Of a DNA stretch of 64,000 nt, positions 56,869 to 64,000 are shown piece after piece. The DNA lies in assembly GCA_902574225.1 (NCBI GenBank), contig CACGMO010000005.1, forward strand, positions 4,736 to 68,735, written 5' to 3'. The translations under genes and the position numbers were made by a program. The notes below the pieces were generated by a model. The model searched no databases. It was given only the letters and a program-made list of their open reading frames with translations, and was not told the DNA's origin. This DNA comes from an uncultured Alphaproteobacteria bacterium (lineage in GTDB: Bacteria > Pseudomonadota > Alphaproteobacteria > Rhodobacterales > Rhodobacteraceae). Every line of letters starts with the position of its first letter. Position 1 is the first letter of the stretch.

Positions 56869-57873
56869 ATGGCCACTGCCTTTTTTTCATTAATCTTGCT
56901 TTCTAAAATAGCGGTAATTTCATCCGCAAAAATAGGCTTTGCATTTCTACTTAATTATTCTGCGGTAGCATTGTCAGCTTTAAGCCTTGGTTCCCGTTTG
57001 CCAAAACGCATCGTAATAGTGTGTATTTTTTCTCTACTATTTTTGATCGGAGGGCAATACAAAGCAGCTTTTTCATGTTTGCTGCTAATAGGGATAGCAA
57101 AAGTATATGCCTCTTTTATAAGTGTAAAGTCAAAAAATAGATCAAAAATTTTATTATTTTTGATGATTTTTTCTATTATAACGCTGGATCTGCAAACATT
57201 TTTAACTGGGAATTTTGCAAGTACATACGGTAGAAACCAGGTACTATTCGGCATTTTTCATCCTAAGGAACAAGCTATATTTATAGTATTTTCATACTTG
57301 ACATTCTTCGTAATTCCAAGAAAGGGAAAACTCAGCTTTCTTGGTTTCTCTATCGTTGCGGCACTACTTTATATCACTGATGCTCGAGTTCACCTTTACT
57401 CTTTTTTAGTTTTCGGCTTTGTTTATCTAGTCGGGTATCGAACTGTATTCTTATTATTTTTAATACCGATCTTCATTTCACCTCTTCTAATTTACATTAT
57501 TTTTGAAAACTGGGAATTGTTAAATAGTTTCAGTTCCGAAAGACTTCGTTTATGGCGGGACATTATCGTGATTGGTTACTCGGTTGGAGCCAATTCTATT
57601 GATTCTTCTTGGCTTGAATTTGGTCGGAATAATGTTGTGAATTTTTTTATCGCTGTCCCTTTTCTTTTTGCCTTTTTCTTGATAACTGCAATAAATATTT
57701 TGAGAACTCCTGATAATAAATTTTTTGGGGCCATGTTTATTTACTTCCTTTTGAGTAATACAACTGATCTCGGAGCTTTCTCAAGCACTAACATGATATC
57801 AATGATTTTCTGGGCAACATATCTTTATCCATCAAGCTTTAACTTCAAAAGACGATCAATAGCTGAGAAATAA
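56869..57873 (+). CDS. O-antigen polymerase/ligase-like polytopic membrane protein (Wzy-like)
   Basis: About 10 predicted TM segments and no soluble domain. Position among the GTs. The ATG at 56869 (MATAFFSLILL) lies just after the upstream stop. The track ORF begins at 56824. Confidence 0.5.
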   Translation: MATAFFSLILLSKIAVISSAKIGFAFLLNYSAVALSALSLGSRLPKRIVIVCIFSLLFLIGGQYKAAFSCLLLIGIAKVYASFISVKSKNRSKILLFLMIFSIITLDLQTFLTGNFASTYGRNQVLFGIFHPKEQAIFIVFSYLTFFVIPRKGKLSFLGFSIVAALLYITDARVHLYSFLVFGFVYLVGYRTVFLLFLIPIFISPLLIYIIFENWELLNSFSSERLRLWRDIIVIGYSVGANSIDSSWLEFGRNNVVNFFIAVPFLFAFFLITAINILRTPDNKFFGAMFIYFLLSNTTDLGAFSSTNMISMIFWATYLYPSSFNFKRRSIAEK

Positions 57874-58910
57874 CTTTTTTCTATTTCAGCCCGACTTAAT
57901 AACTTTGAATTGTCGCCAATTTTAATTGATGGCTCAGGCGAAATACTAATACTGTTGTGAACAGGATGAGTGAATTTAGAAAAAGTTGGCCCAGTAACTA
58001 CAATGGAATTAACCCCAAAAAGAGAACATAGATGGGATGGACCGCTATCCAGACAAATGAGGGCATCAATTTTTTTTAAATTATCTAAAAAATCCTCAAA
58101 GTTATCTTTTAAAATCTTAACATTACTTAACTGTTCGTAGCAATCTTCATCTATCTCACTCAACCAGATACCATCATCAAATATAATGATGGTCTTATTG
58201 GAATATTCTCGCGTGAAATGCCCTAAAATAGCGTTTTTCTGGTTTTTTGACAGCTGTCGATTTTTCTGGGACGCTCCCAGGTGAATCCCTAAATTTTCAA
58301 TCGACTTATTTTCCTTTTTTTTGGGTGCTGATAATTTTATGTAATCTGCATAATTGAGGTTTTTTTTAAATATTTTTCCAATTTGAAAGTTGTAGAAGTT
58401 CAAATGCTTCCGACAACCATCGTCAGGAATTATGTATGTCAGAAAATTTTTACCGGCTGTAAAATTGTACCCGATACAATTAGTGGCTTTTAAAAAGTGT
58501 CCAAATAAAATATTTCTCACATCTCCCCTATTCTCTAAAAATATATCTATATTTAATTTTCGAATATACTTTATTAATTTTATGAGAGATTTGAGTTTTT
58601 TAAAGTCAAGCAAACCTTGGTTTATCCAAGGAGGAATAAACTCTATAAATTCAATCTGGGTAACTCCCAGAGCACGCATTATAGGTTTGGCAAATGGTCT
58701 GGCAAGAAATATAATTCGCTTAGAGGGAAACTCCTTCTTTAAAAAGATACACAATTGTAGGCTAAGTGTAATATCTCCGATTAAATGTGACTCAAAAATT
58801 AATATTTTATTGCATTCTATGATTTTAGGTGCTTTTTTAGGCTTCTTTATCGGTATTGTTAATAAATCAAATAGAGTGTAGATGATTTTAAACTGTTTAA
58901 TAGGTTTCAT
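57825..58910 (-). CDS. Glycosyltransferase family 9 (heptosyltransferase-like)
   Basis: ILIFESHLIGDITLSL N-terminal and LDSGPSHLCSLFGVNSIVVTGPT C-terminal motifs typical of GT9. It is the only minus-strand biosynthetic gene in the locus (the RfaH-like regulator at the left edge is also on the minus strand). Confidence 0.8.
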   Translation of the reverse strand: MKPIKQFKIIYTLFDLLTIPIKKPKKAPKIIECNKILIFESHLIGDITLSLQLCIFLKKEFPSKRIIFLARPFAKPIMRALGVTQIEFIEFIPPWINQGLLDFKKLKSLIKLIKYIRKLNIDIFLENRGDVRNILFGHFLKATNCIGYNFTAGKNFLTYIIPDDGCRKHLNFYNFQIGKIFKKNLNYADYIKLSAPKKKENKSIENLGIHLGASQKNRQLSKNQKNAILGHFTREYSNKTIIIFDDGIWLSEIDEDCYEQLSNVKILKDNFEDFLDNLKKIDALICLDSGPSHLCSLFGVNSIVVTGPTFSKFTHPVHNSISISPEPSIKIGDNSKLLSRAEIEKSYFSAIDRLLKLKLDG

Positions 58911-58913
58911 AAT

Positions 58914-59984
58914 ATGAACATTTTGTTAGTCAGTGGTTACGAAAGACGATATAGTATGGAATTGTATGCATCCGGTATACAAAAAAACATATCGACTAAC
59001 AACCTGTTTTCAAAAGTCGACCATTTAAACTTGAGAACCATTTTGCCCGGTTATATTAAGAGCGTCCGTATCATGTTTCTGCTTTTTAAGTATTTTTTAT
59101 CACCCCTATTTTTGATCATCAGAGCAAAGCAATATGACATAGTCCATATAGTTGATCAATCATACGGTTTCTTACTGATTTCCAAACTACTAATGCCTAA
59201 ATCGACGTTTATTTGCACGGTTCACGACATGGTACCATATTTCGCTCAAAAAAAGTATGGTAAAAGTATCTCTCTACCATACAGAATATCTATGTGGATT
59301 ACAAAAATGGCAGATATATTGTTATTTCCTTCTCAATGTACCAAGAAGGCTTATGACTCAATTTTTAAAGAAATTAAAAACACTGCTTTAGTCTGTCGCC
59401 ATAATGTACAAGTTTACACCAGAGTTCCCTCAAAAGATCGACGAATTTTCCCGGCTGAAGGCGACATTTTGAAAATAGGTTTTTGTCTTGGTGAATTCTA
59501 TAAAAGATGCGAATTTAGTATCATAATTTGTGAACTACTTGCTTCAAAATATTCAATACAAGTTGATATTATGGGACCTTATAACGATGAAATTTTGCAA
59601 AAATTGAAAAAGGCAAATTGTCATCGAGTAGTTTTTAAGTCCAATATGAATTATAAGGAAATAAAAAGTTATTACCATGATATTGACATCCTTCTATTTC
59701 CATCTGAAATTGAGGGGCTTGGTGCTCCTTTGATTGAGGCATTGAGAGTTGGTTGCCCTGTTTTTGCATCCTCAATTCCAATTTTTGAAGAAATAACAGA
59801 TAAGGAGTACCCATTATATCATTGTATAAACGCTTCGGAAATTTTTCGTTTTATTGATAAATTGAAACTAAATAAAGGCAGTTTCATATCGAATAGATGT
59901 CATAAAGCTTTAGAGAAGTATTCTTGGACAAGATTTACACAGCAATATTATCAGGCCATAGCAAATTTTATAAATAAGGAATAA
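58914..59984 (+). CDS. Glycosyltransferase, GT-B fold (GT4-like)
   Basis: [29 protein letters not shown]-x7-E motif. 356 aa. Confidence 0.78.
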   Translation: MNILLVSGYERRYSMELYASGIQKNISTNNLFSKVDHLNLRTILPGYIKSVRIMFLLFKYFLSPLFLIIRAKQYDIVHIVDQSYGFLLISKLLMPKSTFICTVHDMVPYFAQKKYGKSISLPYRISMWITKMADILLFPSQCTKKAYDSIFKEIKNTALVCRHNVQVYTRVPSKDRRIFPAEGDILKIGFCLGEFYKRCEFSIIICELLASKYSIQVDIMGPYNDEILQKLKKANCHRVVFKSNMNYKEIKSYYHDIDILLFPSEIEGLGAPLIEALRVGCPVFASSIPIFEEITDKEYPLYHCINASEIFRFIDKLKLNKGSFISNRCHKALEKYSWTRFTQQYYQAIANFINKE

Positions 59985-59985
59985 T

Positions 59986-61083
59986 ATGATGAGTAAAGTA
60001 GCTTTAATTTCTGGGATAACGGGACAAGATGGCTCTTACCTTGCAGAACTATTATTGGATAAAGGATATGTTGTTCACGGAATAAAAAGAAGAAGTTCCT
60101 CTTTTAATACAATGCGAATTGATCACTTGTACGAGGATCCACATGATGGTAAGAGCAATTTTTATCTTCACTATGGAGATTTAACTGATACATCCAATAT
60201 ATACAATTTAGTCCGAGATATTCAACCTGATGAAATTTACAATTTAGCTGCACAAAGCCATGTGGGGGTAAGTTTTTCTACTCCCGAGTATACTGCAGAA
60301 GTCGATGCCCTTGGTACGCTACGGTTTTTAGAAGCAATAAGATCATGTAACTTAGTAGAAAAAACGCGGTTCTATCAAGCCTCTACCTCTGAATTATATG
60401 GTCTTGTACAAGAGACTCCTCAAAGGGAGACCACTCCTTTTCATCCCCGCTCCCCATATGCGGTAGCAAAACTTTATGCTTATTGGATTACGATTAACTA
60501 TAGGGAAGCGTACAATATATACGGGTGCAATGGTATTCTTTTCAATCACGAAAGTCCAAGACGAGGCGAGACATTTGTAACCAGAAAGATTACCCGGGCA
60601 ATTGCGAGAATTGTCATCGGTCTTGAAAGTTGTGTTTATTTGGGTAAATTAAGTTCGAAGCGTGATTGGGGGCATGCAAGGGATTATGTTGAAATGCAAT
60701 GGCTGATGCTTCAGCAGGAACAACCAAAAGATTTCGTAATTGCTACCGGGCAACAGTATTCAGTCCGGGAATTTGTTACATGGTGTTGTGAGGAGCTAGA
60801 AATTGATATTCACTTTGAGGGTAGCGGACTAAAGGAAATTGGAGTAGTAAAAAAGGTTCCAAAAAGGTTTTCGACCACACTTAAAAAAGAACAAATAATA
60901 GTCCGAGTTGACCCAAAATATTATCGACCGGCTGAGGTCGAGACGTTGCTAGGCGATGCGTCTCTTGCAAGGCAAGAGCTTGGGTGGAAGCCAAAGATTA
61001 CCGCTAGAGAGCTTTGTTCGGAAATGCTTGCCTCTGACCTGAGTGAGGCCACTAAAAGTAAAAACTATGGAAATGACCCTTAA
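59986..61083 (+). CDS. gmd: GDP-mannose 4,6-dehydratase
   Basis: [57 protein letters not shown]. 365 aa. Confidence 0.93.
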   Translation: MMSKVALISGITGQDGSYLAELLLDKGYVVHGIKRRSSSFNTMRIDHLYEDPHDGKSNFYLHYGDLTDTSNIYNLVRDIQPDEIYNLAAQSHVGVSFSTPEYTAEVDALGTLRFLEAIRSCNLVEKTRFYQASTSELYGLVQETPQRETTPFHPRSPYAVAKLYAYWITINYREAYNIYGCNGILFNHESPRRGETFVTRKITRAIARIVIGLESCVYLGKLSSKRDWGHARDYVEMQWLMLQQEQPKDFVIATGQQYSVREFVTWCCEELEIDIHFEGSGLKEIGVVKKVPKRFSTTLKKEQIIVRVDPKYYRPAEVETLLGDASLARQELGWKPKITARELCSEMLASDLSEATKSKNYGNDP

Positions 61084-61842
61084 ATGAAATACTCCATTAT
61101 CACAGTTTGCTATAATTCTGAGAATACAATTAAAGATACCATTGAAAGTGTAAAAGCTCAAAAAGATGTTAATGTAGAGCACATTATAGTAGATGGTTTG
61201 TCGAAAGACCGTACTGCAAATCTAATTAAAGATATGCTAACTAACAAAATGATATTTTTATCAGAACCGGATTTAGGTTTATATGATGCGATGAATAAAG
61301 GCCTTCGTTTGGCGACTGGAGATGTTATCGGAATACTAAATAGCGATGATTTTTTCTCGACTGATGATGTTTTATTAGAAGTTAATAAAAACTTTAAAAA
61401 TGACGTAGATATCGTTTTCGGAAATGTGGAATTCATTGAAAACAATAGCAAGCAGAGAGTTACAAGAAAAATCGCATTACGAAACTTTAAGCCTTGGTTT
61501 TTAAAGTTCGGTTGGATGCCCCCTCATACAGGAACATTTCTAAGGCGAAAAATCATCTCTGCTGTGGGTGATTATGACATCAGTTATGAGACTGCCGCAG
61601 ATTACGAATACTTTATAAGAGTTTTTTATAAATATAAATTTAGTTATAAATACATTAATAAAACAATCGTAAAAATGCGCGAAGGTGGTTTAACTACAAA
61701 TGGCATCCAAAGCTACATGAGAACTGGCAAAGAGATGGTACGTGCTATAAGATCCAATGGATATTACAGTAACGCATTTATGATTCTGTGCCGATTACCC
61801 ATCAAACTTTTAAACAAAAAGTTTTTTTTTAGTAGGCTTTAA
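61084..61842 (+). CDS. Glycosyltransferase family 2
   Basis: YSIITVCYNSENTIKDTIESV, IVDGLSKDRT, SDD (DxD-like). 252 aa. Confidence 0.82.
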   Translation: MKYSIITVCYNSENTIKDTIESVKAQKDVNVEHIIVDGLSKDRTANLIKDMLTNKMIFLSEPDLGLYDAMNKGLRLATGDVIGILNSDDFFSTDDVLLEVNKNFKNDVDIVFGNVEFIENNSKQRVTRKIALRNFKPWFLKFGWMPPHTGTFLRRKIISAVGDYDISYETAADYEYFIRVFYKYKFSYKYINKTIVKMREGGLTTNGIQSYMRTGKEMVRAIRSNGYYSNAFMILCRLPIKLLNKKFFFSRL

Positions 61843-62733
61843 ATGAAAATACTTGTAACTGGGTCTTCAGGTTTTATCGGAAATGCAATCTGTAAAACAC
61901 TATCAGAATGCGGATACGAAGTGTCAAATTTGGACCGGTCCCGTTTTCAATTAGATCCGTCATCAGCAAATAACGTTTTAGAAAATTGTAATGTAGTAAT
62001 ACATTGTGCTGGAATCGCTCATACAAAGTTGACTAAAAATATAAAAATGATAAGAGAGGTCTATAACGCAAACGTAGAATTTACTAAGAAACTTTACAAA
62101 AAATCAATGATCGCTGGAGTACAACATTTTATTTTTCTGAGTAGTTCAAAAGTATATGGCGCTTTTTCAAGAAAAGGTATTGTCTTTAACGAGCTTGACA
62201 ATTTAGAGCCAGAAGACGTATATGCACGCAGTAAGCTCCTTGCCGAAACGGCAATAATAAGTATTCCTCAAAAAAAAAAAATTAAATACACAATTTTACG
62301 TTTGCCTTTAACCTACAGCGAGAGGAATAAGGCAAATATGAATAAATTAGAAAAATTGGTAAATGTCGGCTTACCACTACCTTTTGCAGAGATCGGAAAT
62401 AAAAGGAGTCTTATAAACCTTAATAATCTGACCGAATTCATTCGCTTGATATGTTTAAACTCTAAATCATATAATCAGATATTTAATGTCTGTGATGATC
62501 GCTCGATTTCCACACCTGAATTGGTCAAATTGCTTGCAAATACATCTAGAAAACGTCTAATTCTATTTAGATTAAATAATAAACTTTTTTTGTGGCTTTC
62601 AAAAATTATAGGGATGCAAGCAGAATATAACGCACTCTGGAATTCTTTTGAGATAGATAATACCAAATCAAAAAAAGTTTTAAACTGGAGACCGAGATAC
62701 AGTTTATTCGATGTCTTCAAGAAGGTGCAATAG
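61843..62733 (+). CDS. NAD-dependent epimerase/dehydratase (UDP-sugar 4-epimerase-like SDR)
   Basis: ILVTGSSGFIGNAI, YARSKLLAE (YxxxK). 296 aa. Confidence 0.75.
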   Translation: MKILVTGSSGFIGNAICKTLSECGYEVSNLDRSRFQLDPSSANNVLENCNVVIHCAGIAHTKLTKNIKMIREVYNANVEFTKKLYKKSMIAGVQHFIFLSSSKVYGAFSRKGIVFNELDNLEPEDVYARSKLLAETAIISIPQKKKIKYTILRLPLTYSERNKANMNKLEKLVNVGLPLPFAEIGNKRSLINLNNLTEFIRLICLNSKSYNQIFNVCDDRSISTPELVKLLANTSRKRLILFRLNNKLFLWLSKIIGMQAEYNALWNSFEIDNTKSKKVLNWRPRYSLFDVFKKVQ

Positions 62734-62734
62734 T

Positions 62735-63922
62735 ATGGACTTGTTAAAGCTTGTAGGACGAGACCGAGAAATTTTGCAAGAAGATTTTGCAATACATAAC
62801 ACTTCATTGACAGCTGAGGTTCAGAAATCAAGATTTCTAGTCATTGGTGGCGCTGGTTCTATTGGCCAGGCAGTTGTTAAGGAGCTTTTTGCGCGTAATC
62901 CCCAGACACTATATGTGGTTGATATCAGTGAAAATAATTTAGTAGAACTGGTGAGAGACCTGAGAAGCTCTATTGGGTATATTGCCGGAGATTTTCAAGT
63001 ATTTGCCCTTGATGCCGGATCTGAACACTTTTTTAAATGGTTAGAAAATTGTGAACAATTCGACTACGTTTTAAATCTCTCAGCTCTTAAACATGTGAGG
63101 AGTGAGAAAGACGCGTATACTCTCATGAGGCTAATTGATGTAAATATTATTAACGTGAAATCATGTTTGGATATTCTTCAGGATAAAGGTTGTAAGAAAT
63201 ATTTTGCCGTATCTACAGATAAAGCGGCAAATCCTGCCAATCTGATGGGCGCATCAAAGTTTCTCATGGAGCGATATTTGCTAAATAATAGTGATAAAAT
63301 AGAATTTAGTAGTGCAAGGTTTGCTAATGTTGCTTTTTCTGACGGTAGCTTATTACATGGATTTGATCAGAGAATATTGAAGCGACAACCACTTTCTGCT
63401 CCAAACGATGTCAGGCGTTATTTTATAACCCCCAAAGAGGCAGGAAGGATATGCCTACTATCGTGTATTCAAGGAGGAAATAGAGATATATACTTTCCAA
63501 AACTTTCAAAAAAGCTTCATGAAATTACGTTTGCTGAAATAGCTATAAGGTATCTCGAAGCAAAAGATAAGGTTGCATATATTTGCAAATCAGAAAACGA
63601 AGCACGCGAGTATTTATCTCTTAATCAAGATCTGAAAAATTGGCCATGTTATTTTTTCAAAACAGACACTACAGGCGAAAAAGATTTTGAAGAATTCTTT
63701 ACAAAGAATGAAAAACTTCAAATGGAAAAATATGTTGATCTTGGAGTTATAAAAAATACGGTATCTAAATATGACAATTGTGTAGACGTTTTCTTGACTC
63801 AGATATATGAAATGAGAAAATCAAAATCCTACAGTCGAGAAGACTTAACTTTGCTCTTTACTAATGTAATTAATCAACTGGAATATAAGGATACTGGTAA
63901 ATTCCTTGATGGGAAAATGTGA
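62735..63922 (+). CDS. Polysacc_synt_2 nucleotide-sugar dehydratase (CapD/WbpM/PglF-like, soluble form without the N-terminal membrane domain)
   Basis: FLVIGGAGSIGQAVVKEL, LKHV, VSTDKAANPANLMGASKFLMERYL, RFANVAFSDGSLL. The ATG at 62735 follows the upstream stop. The track ORF begins at 62711. Confidence 0.8.
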   Translation: MDLLKLVGRDREILQEDFAIHNTSLTAEVQKSRFLVIGGAGSIGQAVVKELFARNPQTLYVVDISENNLVELVRDLRSSIGYIAGDFQVFALDAGSEHFFKWLENCEQFDYVLNLSALKHVRSEKDAYTLMRLIDVNIINVKSCLDILQDKGCKKYFAVSTDKAANPANLMGASKFLMERYLLNNSDKIEFSSARFANVAFSDGSLLHGFDQRILKRQPLSAPNDVRRYFITPKEAGRICLLSCIQGGNRDIYFPKLSKKLHEITFAEIAIRYLEAKDKVAYICKSENEAREYLSLNQDLKNWPCYFFKTDTTGEKDFEEFFTKNEKLQMEKYVDLGVIKNTVSKYDNCVDVFLTQIYEMRKSKSYSREDLTLLFTNVINQLEYKDTGKFLDGKM

Positions 63923-63923
63923 A

Positions 63924-64000
63924 ATGCAAAGGATTTTTGACATTTGTTTTTCTGTGGTTGCGCTCCTAATTCTGGGTCCTTTGCTAGGTTGCATTTGTCT
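63924..64000 (+). CDS. Initiating sugar-phosphate transferase (Bac_transf / PglC-WbaP C-domain type), N-terminal fragment running off the window
   Basis: My translation MQRIFDICFSVVALLILGPLLGCICL matches the KRIFD..(S/A)...L....P re-entrant helix start of small bacterial sugar transferases. Confidence 0.6.
   Translation, partial: MQRIFDICFSVVALLILGPLLGCIC

Overview
This is a low-GC, tightly packed chromosome segment. Gene order and protein motifs point to a streamlined, probably marine, alphaproteobacterium; the taxon is inference only.

**1-18.6 kb (all minus strand, core genes):**
- Complex I operon nuoA-K plus the first 75 codons of nuoL.
- A Wza/Wzc-like polysaccharide export pair.
- tRNA-Phe.
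- rng-maf-infA.
- LMW-PTP, UPF0262, hisD and murA.

**18.8-33.2 kb (mixed orientation):**
- tRNA-Thr, a small lipoprotein and a 1001-aa acidic secreted orphan protein.
- An acyl-CoA synthetase, an ABC exporter, a coupled P450/EamA pair and a crotonase.
- tRNA-Gly, a beta-barrel outer-membrane protein and a HAD phosphatase.
- glmU-moaA and tRNA-Met(CAT).

**33.4-64 kb (surface-polysaccharide locus, O-antigen/capsule type, starting next to tRNA-Met):**
- It opens with a divergently transcribed RfaH/NusG-paralog gene and an EPS-type MarR regulator.
- A conserved sugar-nucleotide module follows: manB, ugd, UDP-GlcA 4-epimerase, galU, manC.
- After a 274-bp extremely AT-rich spacer comes a more AT-rich variable block. 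It carries both GDP-heptose (hddA/hddC-like) and ADP-heptose (hldE) activation genes with shared gmhA/gmhB.
- The variable block also has Fcl-like and RmlC-like modifying enzymes, a PseB/CapD-like dehydratase, 6-7 glycosyltransferases (one inverted GT9), a Wzy-like membrane protein, a YdjC deacetylase and a GNAT-like protein.
- The right-hand end has gmd, GT2, an epimerase, a CapD/WbpM-like enzyme and the start of an initiating sugar transferase.

I saw no CRISPR array, rRNA, IS element, integrase, phage gene or recognisable defence or toxin system. The most interesting material is the heptose-centred glycan locus and its RfaH/ops-like control region. The orphan acidic protein and the kinase-less Wzc-like protein come next. 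All calls rest on motif recognition by eye, with no database searches.
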